Numbered from the whole stretch's first letter, positions 10,529-20,936 are shown. The stretch: 63,575 nucleotides of DNA, filler included, from Acidimicrobiia bacterium (GCA_029210695.1; 5 parts of 5 records of this genome joined end to end with filler, not necessarily neighbours in it); one strand, 5' to 3'. The notes: generated by a model from the letters alone, not told the origin. Numbers and translations are program-made.

Positions 10529-11656
10529 GACCGCCCTGGCGGCCTCGCTCCCCATCAGGGGTTTGTCCACAACGATCCGGGTGCCGTCCCACACCAGGAG
10601 TCCTGCCGCAAACAGACGCCTGCCCCATTCGTCTTCGGCGAGGGCCCCACCTGCGCAGCCGGCCTCCACCCCGGCAACACGCCGGAGGCCCAGGATCAAC
10701 CGCTCCTGTTCTCGCTCCCATGGAGTCTGAGCGTCTCTCCCCTGCTCCGGGCGCCGACCCTCCCTTACCGCCTTGAGATACGCATCCAGGCGGTGGATGT
10801 TCCGATAGCGCTGGGTTCCTCGATGACCATGTGCTCCCGGTCCGAAACCGAGATACTCGCCCTGTGCCCAGGTGAGAAGGTTGTACCTACATGCATGCCC
10901 GGGTGTTGCGAAATTGCTGACTTCATACCGCACGTACCCCGCATCCAGGAGTCTTGCTCGCGCCATCTCGTACTTGTCTGCCTGGTCGTCCTCGTCCGGA
11001 GCCGGAGCGCCCGCCGTGATGGAGCGGCTCAGCGCAGTGCCCCGTTCGACCGTGAGCGCGTAGAGCGAGAGATGGTCGGGTTCCAGGGCGAGCGCTTCTT
11101 CCACGGAGGCACGCCACGACTCTGCAGATTCTCCCGGGGTGCCGTACATGAGGTCGAGGTTTATCGATCGGAATCCAGCGCGGCGGGCAATCTGGACTCC
11201 CGCTGCGATGTCCGGCGGTTGATGGATCCTGCCCAGGCTCGTCAGTACGCCCGGGTCGAACGATTGCGCTCCGAAGGACACCCGGTTGAATCCTCCCCGG
11301 ACGAGTGATTCGGCCATCGCCCAGGACCAATCTTCGGGGTTCGCCTCGATACCGACCTCTACGTCAGCGTTGAACCCGAAGCGGGATCGAATCGCCGCCA
11401 GAACCCCGGTCAGTGCCTCGGGTGGGAGCCGGCTGGGTGTGCCGCCACCGACTGCGACGGAATCCAGAGGCTCCCAGTCCGGTTCCGCAGCTATTTCCGC
11501 CTGCACCGCGGTCACATACTGCGGTTGCGAGTCGTCGCGCCCCTCAACAACATTGAAATCGCAGTAGGGGCAGATGCGCGCACAAAAAGGTACATGGACG
11601 TAGGCTCCAACCCAGCCTGCAGCCGCTTCAGCGAGTTCAACGCTGTCCGGCCGCAT
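10502..11656 (-). CDS. hemW: Radical SAM heme chaperone HemW
   Basis: YVHVPFCARICPYCDFN, GGGTPS, YEVSNFA; ATG 11656 overlaps the lepA TGA. Confidence 0.93.
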   Translation of the reverse strand: MRPDSVELAEAAAGWVGAYVHVPFCARICPYCDFNVVEGRDDSQPQYVTAVQAEIAAEPDWEPLDSVAVGGGTPSRLPPEALTGVLAAIRSRFGFNADVEVGIEANPEDWSWAMAESLVRGGFNRVSFGAQSFDPGVLTSLGRIHQPPDIAAGVQIARRAGFRSINLDLMYGTPGESAESWRASVEEALALEPDHLSLYALTVERGTALSRSITAGAPAPDEDDQADKYEMARARLLDAGYVRYEVSNFATPGHACRYNLLTWAQGEYLGFGPGAHGHRGTQRYRNIHRLDAYLKAVREGRRPEQGRDAQTPWEREQERLILGLRRVAGVEAGCAGGALAEDEWGRRLFAAGLLVWDGTRIVVDKPLMGSEAARAVLALASGDC

Positions 11657-13464
11657 CACGTCTCTGTGTCGACCCGCAGCGCAGAGATGAACGCATCTTG
11701 CGGAACCTCGACGGAGCCGACCATCTTCATACGTTTCTTGCCCTCTTTCTGCCGCTCGAGGAGCTTGCGCTTTCGGCTCACATCGCCCCCGTAGCATTTG
11801 GCGATGACGTCCTTCCGGCGTGCCTTGACGGTCTCACGAGCAATCACCCTGGTTCCGATCGCAGCCTGGATGGGGACGTCGAAGAGCTGGCGGGGAATGA
11901 GCTGACGCAAACGCTCAACCATCTTCTTGCCGTAGAGATAGGCCTTCTCGTTGTGGGTGATCGTCGAGAAGGCGTCTACCGGCTGACCGTTGAGCAGGAT
12001 GTCGACCTTGACCAGGTCGGATGTCCGGTACTCCCCTGGCTCGTAATCGAGCGACGCATATCCCCTGGTCCGGGATTTGAGGTGGTCGAAGAAATCGAAC
12101 ACGACCTCCGCCAGCGGCAGGTTGTAGATCAGTTCCACTCGTTCAGGAGAAAGGTATTGCATGTGATCCATCGACCCGCGTCGAGTCTGCACCAGTTCCA
12201 TGATCGTGCCCGTGTACTCGGAAGGGGCGATGATCATCGCCCGCACATATGGCTCTTCGAGTAGCTCGATCTTTCCCCGATCCGGCAGATCCTGAGGGGA
12301 TCGGATCTCGAAACTCGACCCGTCGGTGGTCGTCACCCGGTAGGCAACCGAAGGGGCGGTGGCGACGAGGTCGAGGTTGTATTCGCGTTCGAGTCGCTCA
12401 CGGACGATCTCCATGTGTAGCAACCCGAGGAAACCACACCGGAAGCCAAAACCGAGCGCCCTGGACGACTCGGGCTCGAATACAAGGGAGGCATCGTTCA
12501 TGCGCAACTTCTCGAGGGCCTCGCGCAGGCGCTCCAGGTCGTCACCATCCGAAGGAAACAGTCCCGAATACACCATGGGCCGCGGCTCGGCATAACCGGG
12601 CAGCGGCCGCACTGCGGCTTGCCCGGGGTGGGTGATCGTGTCGCCGACCCGGATCCGATCGATCTCCTTCACTCCCGTGATCAGATAACCCACCTCGCCA
12701 GGACCCAGCCTGGCAACCGGCACAGCCAGCGGAGTCAGGACTCCCACCTCTGCAGCCGTGTGACGTTCAGCGGTCGCGGAAAATCTCACCGTATCCCCGG
12801 CGGCCAGAACCCCGTCGACCACCCGTACGTAGCAGACCACGCCGCGGTATGAGTCGTAGTACGAGTCGAAAACCAGAGCCCGCAGCTCTTCGCCTTCACT
12901 CGTTGGAGGTGGGATGTCGCGGACGATCCGGTCGAGCAACTCCTCGATGCCATCGCCGGTCTTGGCGGAGACCCGGATCACGCCGTCCGCCTCAACACCG
13001 AGGATCGAGGCGATTTCGGCTGCCACCTTGTCGGGATCGGCAGCCGGAAGATCGATCTTGTTGATGACCGGGATGATCTCCAGCCCGGCTTCAATGGCGA
13101 GGTAGGCGTTGGCCAGCGTCTGTGCTTCGACGCCCTGGGCTGCGTCGACCAGCAGGACGGCCCCTTCGCAGGCGGCGAGAGAGCGAGATACTTCGTAGCT
13201 GAAGTCGACGTGACCGGGTGTGTCGATCAGATTGAGTACGACTGGCGAACCGTCGGCGGCGTGGTAATCCAGGCGAACGGCCTGAGCCTTGATCGTGATG
13301 CCACGTTCGCGCTCCAGGTCCATGCTGTCGAGAACCTGCGCTCGCATATTCCGTTCGGAAATGGAACCAGTGCGCTCGAGCATGCGGTCGGCCAGCGTCG
13401 ACTTCCCGTGGTCGATGTGAGCGATGATGCTGAAGTTCCGGACAGAATAGGGAGAGAGACTCAC
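11656..13464 (-). CDS. lepA: Elongation factor 4 LepA
   Basis: [41 protein letters not shown]. Confidence 0.98.
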   Translation of the reverse strand: MSLSPYSVRNFSIIAHIDHGKSTLADRMLERTGSISERNMRAQVLDSMDLERERGITIKAQAVRLDYHAADGSPVVLNLIDTPGHVDFSYEVSRSLAACEGAVLLVDAAQGVEAQTLANAYLAIEAGLEIIPVINKIDLPAADPDKVAAEIASILGVEADGVIRVSAKTGDGIEELLDRIVRDIPPPTSEGEELRALVFDSYYDSYRGVVCYVRVVDGVLAAGDTVRFSATAERHTAAEVGVLTPLAVPVARLGPGEVGYLITGVKEIDRIRVGDTITHPGQAAVRPLPGYAEPRPMVYSGLFPSDGDDLERLREALEKLRMNDASLVFEPESSRALGFGFRCGFLGLLHMEIVRERLEREYNLDLVATAPSVAYRVTTTDGSSFEIRSPQDLPDRGKIELLEEPYVRAMIIAPSEYTGTIMELVQTRRGSMDHMQYLSPERVELIYNLPLAEVVFDFFDHLKSRTRGYASLDYEPGEYRTSDLVKVDILLNGQPVDAFSTITHNEKAYLYGKKMVERLRQLIPRQLFDVPIQAAIGTRVIARETVKARRKDVIAKCYGGDVSRKRKLLERQKEGKKRMKMVGSVEVPQDAFISALRVDTET

Positions 13465-13541
13465 ACGATTACCTGTGCAGCGAGTGTCACGTTGCCGATG
13501 GGCAGTGACCCATAGGCTCTAGGAGGCGTGGACTCAAGAGT

Positions 13542-13569
13542 CTATGGCCTATGGCCTATGGCCTATGGC
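13542..13569. repeat. Heptamer tandem repeat (CTATGGC)x4
   Basis: Four perfect copies between rpsT and lepA. Confidence 0.9.
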
Positions 13570-13595
13570 CACGGCGAGGTGAGTCAAGTTCGCGA

Positions 13596-13868
13596 TCACT
13601 TGGTCGCGAGCAGTTCCGCCACATCCTTGACGAGCTTCGCTTTCCGGCGGGCGGCCGTGTTCTTGTGGAGAACGCCTTTGGTGACAGCCATGTCGATGCG
13701 CCTCTGGGCCAGTCGGGAAAGCTCCTCAGCCTTTTCTGCTTCGCCTGCTTCGGCAGCCTCGAGGGTGTTCTTGACCCGGGTCTTCAACTCGGAGCTAAGG
13801 CCCTTGTTGCGGACACGGCGCACTTCGTTCTGACGATTGCGCTTCATCTGTGACTTGATATTGGCCAT
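13596..13868 (-). CDS. rpsT: 30S ribosomal protein S20
   Basis: MANIKSQMKRNRQNE...KGVLHKNTAARRKAKL. Confidence 0.97.
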   Translation of the reverse strand: MANIKSQMKRNRQNEVRRVRNKGLSSELKTRVKNTLEAAEAGEAEKAEELSRLAQRRIDMAVTKGVLHKNTAARRKAKLVKDVAELLATK

Positions 13869-14089
13869 ACGAAATCGAAACCTCTGATGGAAACGGGGCG
13901 CGCGGCAAACTCACGCGGGCACGGAATCGTAGCAGCGGATGGGCCAAAGGAGCAAGGTCGATCGGTTGGCCCCGCGCGATTCCGGGCCTACCGTCGGTTC
14001 GCCGTTCGCCGCGGCACCTAATGGGGGTCTACGGGGCTTCTGCGGTTGTGGGAGTCTTGTGGCTGAGCCTGCTGGCCGGTGAGCACTGC

Positions 14090-14189
14090 NNNNNNNNNNN
14101 NNNNNNNNNNNNNNNNNNNNNNNNNNNNNNNNNTTAATTAATTAANNNNNNNNNNNNNNNNNNNNNNNNNNNNNNNNNNNNNNNNNNNN
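14090..14189. other. Artificial contig linker
   Basis: N44-TTAATTAATTAA-N44, which places stops in all six frames. Confidence 0.98.
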
Positions 14190-14270
14190 ATCTGGGAACA
14201 GATCCAGAATGCCGGATCGAGGGCGATGGTGAATGCTCGATATCGCTCTGGGCGGTGGGTGATCTGTGCG
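14190..14270 (-). repeat. Inverted 'head' copy of the module-delimiting repeat
   Basis: Matches 55865-55944 (22/26 and 33/37 identity in the two end blocks). Reverse complement CGCACAGATCAC...GCGATATCGAGCA...CCG^GCA matches the repeat family. Confidence 0.8.
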
Positions 14271-14367
14271 GTCTACGTCGCTCCTCCAAGTGGGGCAGTG
14301 CTGGCAAGTCGCCGGTTTCTTGGTGGCCCGGTTGCGAATCAGTGACGTGCGGCGTCTTTAGTGTGAG

Positions 14368-14883
14368 ATGGGTCGGACAGGTTTGCCATCAGCGGAGGTC
14401 ATGTCGTTGAGAGGTCTTGGCGAGGAGGAGACAGCGGTCGTCACGGAAGTGTATGAGCCGCTGCGCCGGTTTGCAGGTGTTGTCGGTCCGTTGGAGGTGG
14501 ATCCGGATGACCTTGTCCAGGAGGCCTTTCTGCGCGTGCTACGCCATGGCGCGCTGTCAGGTTTGGAGAACCCAGGTGCGTATTTGAGGCGGGTGGTGGT
14601 GAATCTGGCAGCGGATCATCGTCGCCGGTTAGGTCGCCGGCGACGAGCGTTGGCGAGGTTGGCAGCATCGTCTCCGTCTGGTGTTGACCCGGTATTCCCG
14701 TCGGATGTTGCTGATCTGCTGCACCTGGAGCCGAGGGCCAGGGCGGTGCTCTTCATGCATGACGTGGAGGGATATTCGTATCAGGAAATCGCAAACCTGT
14801 TGGGCCTGAGCGACAGCGCCGCCCGGATGGTGGCGTCGCGAGCCCGCCGACGGTTGAGGGCTGCGTTCGCCGAGGAGGTGTGA
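14368..14883 (+). CDS. ECF sigma-70 factor (module 1)
   Basis: Region 2 DDLVQEAFLRV...AYLRRVVVN; region 4 EGYSYQEIANLLG...SRARRRL. Confidence 0.92.
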   Translation: MGRTGLPSAEVMSLRGLGEEETAVVTEVYEPLRRFAGVVGPLEVDPDDLVQEAFLRVLRHGALSGLENPGAYLRRVVVNLAADHRRRLGRRRRALARLAASSPSGVDPVFPSDVADLLHLEPRARAVLFMHDVEGYSYQEIANLLGLSDSAARMVASRARRRLRAAFAEEV

Positions 14884-14884
14884 G

Positions 14885-15829
14885 ATGGAACAGGATCGTT
14901 CGGCATTCGAGTTCTTGGCAACACGCGGCACCCGCGTCGGACCTGACCTGATGGTCGAACGGCTGCAACTAGCGCTGGAGACCGAGCCCGACACCGAGCC
15001 GGGTCAGTTCCGCCGCCGGTCTTTCACGAGGAGCTGGTGGGTTCCCGTGGGAGCAGCGGCGGTGGCCGTGACGGTGGTGTTGGTTAGCTTGCTGATTCCT
15101 CCTGCTGCGCCATCAGCGGCGGCGGTGTTGGAGCAAGCGGAAGCCGCGGCTGTCCAATCGGCTACACCCGTTCCGGGGATGATGCTGCACCAGGTGGTTG
15201 ATTTCGAACGGAACCTGGAACCTACTTGTGAGGGAGGAACGGTGAGGATCGGTGGCGGTGAGGGTGGAGAGCCCCGCTACGGCACCGAGTCCTGGTTCGA
15301 CCCGGCGGGTAACCGGACCCGCGGCCATACCATCTACCCGGATGGGACATCCTCTGATTGGATCGACCTGGGCGGCGTCGAGATCTGGCAGCGAGGCGCC
15401 GAGTCGCCGTTCCGGTCAGTGGGGTGTTCAATGAGGGGGGGACCCACTGAACCACCCGACCCGGCCAATCTGGCACTGCTAGATGCCCTCAACGCTGTAT
15501 CTGATCCGGAAGCGGATCTGGTCGAGCGGGCAGCTGCTTTCGAGACGCTGCGGGGTTTCGAAGCGGTCGAGCTGCTTGCGGGCGAGCACGTAGATGCCAC
15601 CGGCCGTCGCGTGCTGGTACTGGAGGTGTCCCTAGAGGATGTGCTGGGCGAGCGCCAGGTAGCCGACCTCAAGTTCGACCCGGATACCTATCAACTCCTC
15701 GAAACAGCCAACTCCATCGATGGCCCGATGGTAAGGGGCACCGTGCGGATCACTGTTCTCGTCGAGGAATGGATCGAGGTGGATGATGAACTCTTCGATG
15801 TCACCGGATACACCAAGCAGACGGGATAG
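14885..15829 (+). CDS. Putative single-pass anti-sigma/sensor protein
   Basis: Directly after the sigma gene; short cytoplasmic N-terminus, one TM (WVPVGAAAVAVTVVLVSLLI), SAAAVLEQA then an acidic ectodomain. Confidence 0.7.
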   Translation: MEQDRSAFEFLATRGTRVGPDLMVERLQLALETEPDTEPGQFRRRSFTRSWWVPVGAAAVAVTVVLVSLLIPPAAPSAAAVLEQAEAAAVQSATPVPGMMLHQVVDFERNLEPTCEGGTVRIGGGEGGEPRYGTESWFDPAGNRTRGHTIYPDGTSSDWIDLGGVEIWQRGAESPFRSVGCSMRGGPTEPPDPANLALLDALNAVSDPEADLVERAAAFETLRGFEAVELLAGEHVDATGRRVLVLEVSLEDVLGERQVADLKFDPDTYQLLETANSIDGPMVRGTVRITVLVEEWIEVDDELFDVTGYTKQTG

Positions 15830-17099
15830 TCGCCGACCGGCCATAGTTGGCCGCGCCAGCTCGCCAGTGGTCGGACTCATCGCAGCGTCCGCATTGGTAC
15901 TTGCGGCCTGTGGCAACGGCGCCGAGACTGCGACCACTGCCCCGTACCAATCGTCAACTACACAATCGACCGCGGCAACTACATCATCGGTGGGGACTTC
16001 CTCCACAGCCACAATGATGCCCGAGACGCCGACCACAACAACGACTCGTGCTGAGGATCCGTGGCGACGGATCGCTTCTTCTCCACTCGAGGGCCGGTAT
16101 GCGCACGGATCAGCGTGGACCGGCGATCAGCTGGTGATCTGGGGTGGAATCTATCGGTCGGGTGACACTCTGGTCGATCTCACCGACGGAGCCGCCTACA
16201 ACCCGGCCAGCGACACGTGGCGGTCTCTGTCTCCGGCACCTTCGGATCTGGCGGGGCCAGCGGATGCGGTCTGGACCGGCCAAGAGATGATCGTACGGAC
16301 CGATCGTGTCCCCGACGGTCCAGCCGTAATGGCCGCCTATCAGCCAGCTGCGGACACCTGGCGGGTCATCGAAGGCGGGCCCGGCGCCGTACGGGAGGGC
16401 TATACGCTCCTCTGGACAGGAACCGACCTGATCATCTGGGGCGGCAACTCCGGCGACATGCTCGCCGGTCCCACCCTCGGCGCCGCCTACGACCCAACAA
16501 CCGACAGGTGGCGTGCAATTCGGGAATCGCCCATCGCCCCGCGAACCGGACACCAGACGGTCTGGACGGGGGAAGAGATGATCATCTGGGGAGGCCGGGG
16601 AAGCTGCGCCGGGAAAGACTCCACCTGTGTCGAGGACCTCACCGACGGTGCCGCCTACAACCCCGCCACCGACACCTGGCGGACTCTTCCGACGTCGGGC
16701 GACCTCCAAAGCTCAGCAGTGGCGGTATGGGATGGCGACCAGATCCTCTTCTGGAGTCAAGACGAGTGCACCCGGCGGTGCCTGGTCGGAGAGGCGTACG
16801 ATCCGCAGACAGACTTCTGGCTGCAGCTTCCCGACCCTCCAGCGCCAGCCACATCCGATCTGTACCGTGCGTTATGGATAGGTGACCGGGCACTCCTCTG
16901 GAATCAGGACGGCACCGCCCTCACCTACCAACCCAACACGGCAACCTGGCAAACCCTCCCACCGTACCCAAGTGCCGACCGCCGATTCTTCTTAACCCTC
17001 GGATGGACCGGGCAGGCCGTCATCGTATGGGGAGGATGGAACGGTCACGCCTTCACCCCGCCAAGCAACGACGGAGCCGCCCTAGACCCAACACCATGA
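15798..17099 (+). CDS. Kelch-like beta-propeller lipoprotein
   Basis: Lipobox VLAAC, Thr-rich linker, repeats WTGxxxIIWGG...GAAYNPxTDTWR. Start uncertain (15783 or 15798). Confidence 0.85.
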   Translation: MSPDTPSRRDSRRPAIVGRASSPVVGLIAASALVLAACGNGAETATTAPYQSSTTQSTAATTSSVGTSSTATMMPETPTTTTTRAEDPWRRIASSPLEGRYAHGSAWTGDQLVIWGGIYRSGDTLVDLTDGAAYNPASDTWRSLSPAPSDLAGPADAVWTGQEMIVRTDRVPDGPAVMAAYQPAADTWRVIEGGPGAVREGYTLLWTGTDLIIWGGNSGDMLAGPTLGAAYDPTTDRWRAIRESPIAPRTGHQTVWTGEEMIIWGGRGSCAGKDSTCVEDLTDGAAYNPATDTWRTLPTSGDLQSSAVAVWDGDQILFWSQDECTRRCLVGEAYDPQTDFWLQLPDPPAPATSDLYRALWIGDRALLWNQDGTALTYQPNTATWQTLPPYPSADRRFFLTLGWTGQAVIVWGGWNGHAFTPPSNDGAALDPTP

Positions 17100-17147
17100 C
17101 CGAACAGCAACGTCCAGGAAGCGTCGACGAGTCAGCAGATCCCCATG

Positions 17148-17268
17148 CGCTCCGATCACCCGCTATGCGCCATATCAAACACTTCGCGGACCGCACCCGG
17201 ACGGCACCACTGCGCTCGGGTATCTGAGTACCGTCCGACCACGGTGCGTGGAGTGTTGTCGGCGGTGG
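17148..17268 (+). repeat. Module-delimiting repeat, copy 1, with long imperfect hairpin
   Basis: CGCTCCGATCACC-CGCTATGCGCCATATC...GGACG^GCAC; stems 17178-17188/17247-17257 and 17198-17204/17231-17237. Confidence 0.75.
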
Positions 17269-17331
17269 GCCGCTCTTCGCATTGTTTGAGATTCTTGTAC
17301 ACCGTCATGCCGTGTGATGCGTGATAGTGGT

Positions 17332-17886
17332 GTGGAAACGGTACGAAGATCAGCAAGGGTGGTTGTGAGCGAAAACATCCCAGCGATGCCCCGGATCGAG
17401 GGGTTTGATGCTTTCTACGCCAGTGAGTACCCGCGGGCAGTGGCGGTGGCGCACGCTCTATTGGGCGGTGGCCTTGTCGCTGAGGACGTCGTACAGGAAA
17501 CGTTTTTGGCGACCTATCGACAGTGGGATCGGGTCTCGAGGTATGAGAACCCGCGCGCTTGGGTGCGGCGGGTGCTGGTGAACCGGGCGACGTCTTCGCT
17601 GCGGCGGCGGTCGGCCGAGTGGCGGGCCGTCATGCGTCTTTCTGGGCGGGTCGACCCGGGGTGGGTGAGCGCAATCGAGCCGGAGTCCAGTGAGGTGTGG
17701 AAGGCGGTGTCGCAGTTACCGAAGCGGCAGGCGCAGTCGGTTGCTCTCTATTACGTCGATCAGTTGAGCCTTGACGAGATCGGCGAGGTGCTGGGATGTA
17801 GCGCCGGGACGGTCAAGACCCACTTGAGCCGGGCCAGAACCAGGCTGGGTCGGAAGCTGAATGAGTTCAACGAGGTGACGGGATGA
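17332..17886 (+). CDS. ECF sigma-70 factor, SigE-like (module 2)
   Basis: AEDVVQETFLATYRQW, WVRRVLVN, LPKRQ, GTVKTHLSRAR. Start uncertain. Confidence 0.93.
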   Translation: METVRRSARVVVSENIPAMPRIEGFDAFYASEYPRAVAVAHALLGGGLVAEDVVQETFLATYRQWDRVSRYENPRAWVRRVLVNRATSSLRRRSAEWRAVMRLSGRVDPGWVSAIEPESSEVWKAVSQLPKRQAQSVALYYVDQLSLDEIGEVLGCSAGTVKTHLSRARTRLGRKLNEFNEVTG

Positions 17887-19346
17887 ATCGACTTGAGGAC
17901 CGGCTCCGACGTACGTCAAGGGAGCTACGTGAGGCGACAGCTCATCTCACCGCCCCCCCGCTAGAGGGTGCCCGAACCCGTGCGCGACGCCGGTTGGTGT
18001 TGGGGTTCGTTGGGGGGGCGGCGGTAGTTCTCTTTCTGATTGGCGGTGTTGCGCTGCTTCAACCCAACACCCCCGACCGGCCGATTGCCAACACCACGGT
18101 GGCACCCTCGACCACGGTGGCACCGTCGACCACGGTGGCGGAGGTGGACTGGACTGGGGGTTGGGTGGTGCTGTCGAGCGACCCCCGGGTGGTGCAAGCT
18201 CCCGACGACCCGGCACCTCTGTCGCCTCTCCCATCGGGCACCGAGATCCCCCTCCTGCCTATCACGTCTCTGAGGAGCCAGGACGTCGAAGCGATAGGCG
18301 TCTACGAGGGCGACCAACCGATCGTCGCGGTGGGTGTACTTGGTACCGGCGATCGGTTGTTCGTGGTCCCACCGGGGTGGACGGGGGCTCCCACCGATGT
18401 TGGCACCTGTTATCTGATCGTCGGCGACTCCGCCGCAGGCTCCGGTGTTCTCTGTGACGAGAACTGGGATGAGCCTTTGCTGGACCCAGATCCACCCGGG
18501 TCGCTCCGTTTCATCGGACCGGTACCGTCGGGGACGAGCACGTTTGAGGCCACCGATTGTCCCCTCACGACGAACTGTTCACATGAGATCGGCGAGTACT
18601 GGCAGCGCACCCGGGGCGGGTTCGTATTCATGGAAGCCCCGTTCAACTCCCCGGTCATCCAATGGACCGCACGAGCAGCCGACGGGACCGTCCTCCAACA
18701 AGCCGAGCGTGGCCCTTTCCAGTCGCTCGCCCAATCACCCAGCCAGACCGAAGCCGACGCCCAACGTGACGGGGTTGTCCCCGAGTTGGCCAACCTCGCT
18801 TTCACCCTCAGGGTCGACCCTTTGGTCGAATGGAACACCGAGGACGGTACATGGATGATCGCCCGACCGAGCGACGACCTCATCAACTCCACCATGGCTG
18901 ACGGATGCGGATTCGGTAACCTCGAGGGGACCTACCCGACCGAGGTGATCTGCACCTCCGAATACGGTGAGATCCTCCTCGTGGACGAAACTGGGAAGAT
19001 CGCCCGCGCGTATCCGATGCCGAGTGCAGTTCCAAGCTGGATCTATGTGACCTCGAGCACCGTGTATGCCGGACGGATCGGAGACGGGGGCCTACCCGAT
19101 TCGACCCTGATCCGTATCAGCCGCGACACACTGGAAGCCACCGTAGTCCTGATACCGGCGTACTTTGATGGCGGACAGGACTGGCCACCAGGCTGGCACA
19201 TCGCCACCCCAGAACAAAGCGCCGGATATGAAGGTCTGGTGGGGTTTGCCCCCGACATGACAGGCACCACGGTCACCTCCTGGAAAGGTGACGTTGTGGT
19301 CGACATCGAAGGCATCGACCAACTGATCACCCAACTCACCGAATAA
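17883..19346 (+). CDS. Putative single-pass anti-sigma/sensor protein
   Basis: ATGA overlap with the sigma stop; MNRLEDRLRRT start, one TM, (TTVAPS) linker, large ectodomain. Confidence 0.72.
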   Translation: MNRLEDRLRRTSRELREATAHLTAPPLEGARTRARRRLVLGFVGGAAVVLFLIGGVALLQPNTPDRPIANTTVAPSTTVAPSTTVAEVDWTGGWVVLSSDPRVVQAPDDPAPLSPLPSGTEIPLLPITSLRSQDVEAIGVYEGDQPIVAVGVLGTGDRLFVVPPGWTGAPTDVGTCYLIVGDSAAGSGVLCDENWDEPLLDPDPPGSLRFIGPVPSGTSTFEATDCPLTTNCSHEIGEYWQRTRGGFVFMEAPFNSPVIQWTARAADGTVLQQAERGPFQSLAQSPSQTEADAQRDGVVPELANLAFTLRVDPLVEWNTEDGTWMIARPSDDLINSTMADGCGFGNLEGTYPTEVICTSEYGEILLVDETGKIARAYPMPSAVPSWIYVTSSTVYAGRIGDGGLPDSTLIRISRDTLEATVVLIPAYFDGGQDWPPGWHIATPEQSAGYEGLVGFAPDMTGTTVTSWKGDVVVDIEGIDQLITQLTE

Positions 19347-19496
19347 GGACAGCCGCGACACCGGACGAGAACCCAAAGTCCGTCACCGGCAAACGACCAA
19401 GAGAACCCGAAAAAGGTGTCAAAGGAAACCACTCCCGACGCGTCTTACTAACAGTGGAAGCCACCGTCACCAGCGGGGAGCCGCGATGACACAGCT

Positions 19497-19606
19497 CGCA
19501 CCCGATCACCAAATATGCGCCATAACGCACCTCACAACCACCCGTCCCCGAACGGCACTTCGAGGAGCGCGCTCCGCTTGAACGGTCGCTACTCAGTGTG
19601 GTGGTC
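19497..19606 (+). repeat. Module-delimiting repeat, copy 2
   Basis: CGCACCCGATCACCAAATATGCGCCATAACG...CACCCGTCCCCGAACG^GCAC; GATCACCA (19504-11) can pair with TGGTGGTC (19599-606). Confidence 0.8.
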
Positions 19607-19660
19607 TGCTTTCGAGTCGGGTGTCATCTCCGAAGGTTCCGCGCTCGGGGGTTGCATGAC

Positions 19661-20710
19661 CTACGGACGGCGATTCAGGTGTCGGTCGCGGAGTTGCCTG
19701 CTGCCTTCCGCATAGGGTGTGATATCCGAAACTTGGGTGAGGGAGACGCGATCCGCTGGGATCCCATGAGACTGCAACCCGATAAGGGCGCTGTCCAAGT
19801 CGATTACCGCCACCCAATCGTCGCCCAAGGTGAAGGTTTCGGCCGGATGTGAAATGTCGTCGATGAAAAACCCTGAGCTGGCCCATTTAGGGACGGGTCG
19901 TCCGTCGATTTCGATGCGGCGCTTCATCGCCCATTGATGGAATTCCTCCGGTGCCAGATCCTCAGGCCGAGGAGCCTGGCGGTACCACAGCTCGCGGGTC
20001 AGCTCTCGGCGGATGTGATCAGGTTCACGGTCGGGTCGGTCGGGTCGTTTCCATATCGTGTTGACCCGCATTTGGGGTTCGTCGGGCGGATCCCCATACC
20101 TGAGTTCGAAGTGGGTCAACATCGACCCTGACTGCCCATGCCCTCCCAAAGACCGCTGACCGGCCCAGCCCGCCAGTCCATACACCGATCCCGGGGCCGT
20201 CTGCACCATCCGGATAAGTTGCTCGGTTTCGAGGCGCTCAGCTCGGGTCGGGCTGACCGTGCGGACAAGATCAATCCACAATCCGCGCCGGCCCAACCGA
20301 AGCAGCGCCGTAGCCAGGAAGAACAGCCACACCAACAGCACCCACACAACCGTCACCAGCAGCCACGACCAGTCGAGAGTCACCCGCAACACGACCCCCA
20401 ACATCACTCCCACGACGGTCGCACCCACCCAGAACACCGGCACCGGCTCCGCGGTCCGATGCTGTATCAGCACCCGAATCACCCGGGTCGGCCAGCTCCA
20501 CCACAACGGTCCACGATCGGCCCTGGCCCAGAGCGAGGCCGAGGATCCTGCGGGCCATTCATGCCCATTTGGGCAGCGCAGCGTCGATGACGGTGCCTGA
20601 CCATCGAAGAGCCAACCTCTCAGTCGCGCCCACCGGTTCGGCGTCGCGACGACCTGCCCCTCCAATCCACAGGCCCGACATGGGCCACCACCAACCGTTG
20701 TAAGCCACAT
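19661..20710 (-). CDS. Hypothetical membrane protein (module 3)
   Basis: Long ORF with CxxC and CPNGH pairs and two TM helices; fills the space between two repeats. Start uncertain. Confidence 0.6.
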   Translation of the reverse strand: MWLTTVGGGPCRACGLEGQVVATPNRWARLRGWLFDGQAPSSTLRCPNGHEWPAGSSASLWARADRGPLWWSWPTRVIRVLIQHRTAEPVPVFWVGATVVGVMLGVVLRVTLDWSWLLVTVVWVLLVWLFFLATALLRLGRRGLWIDLVRTVSPTRAERLETEQLIRMVQTAPGSVYGLAGWAGQRSLGGHGQSGSMLTHFELRYGDPPDEPQMRVNTIWKRPDRPDREPDHIRRELTRELWYRQAPRPEDLAPEEFHQWAMKRRIEIDGRPVPKWASSGFFIDDISHPAETFTLGDDWVAVIDLDSALIGLQSHGIPADRVSLTQVSDITPYAEGSRQLRDRHLNRRP

Positions 20711-20750
20711 GGCACGGCCGCTTGATCGCATCCAAGCAGTATGCCAGCCA

Positions 20751-20846
20751 CGCACAGATCACTCTGATATCGCGCCATAACGAGCACATCGCCCACCCGT
20801 CCTGGATCGGCACGTCGGCGGGCGGCGGCGGAACCACCCAGAGTGG
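20751..20846 (+). repeat. Module-delimiting repeat, copy 3
   Basis: CGCACAGATCACTCTGATATCGCGCCATAACGAGCAC...CACCCGTCCTGGATCG^GCAC; TCACTCTG (20759-66) pairs with CAGAGTGG (20839-46). Confidence 0.82.
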
Positions 20847-20936
20847 CGCAACACCGGATCACGGGGATGGAACCCGGACTGGTGCTGCGGGCATACCCGT
20901 GATGTGAGGTACGGTGCCCGTCTGTTGGGAGGTTCG

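Noticed and set aside
14015..14089. Possible IS end at the right end of contig 1
   Set aside because: Composition shifts, but there is no recognisable IR or second copy in the window.
14134..14145. TTAATTAATTAA as a biological motif
   Set aside because: It is the assembly linker, embedded in N runs and repeated identically four times.
19511..19530. GCGCCATAA as a dif/XerC arm or canonical attC
   Set aside because: No XerD arm (TTATG...) 6 nt downstream, no paired GTTRRRY box closing the hairpins, and no intI seen.
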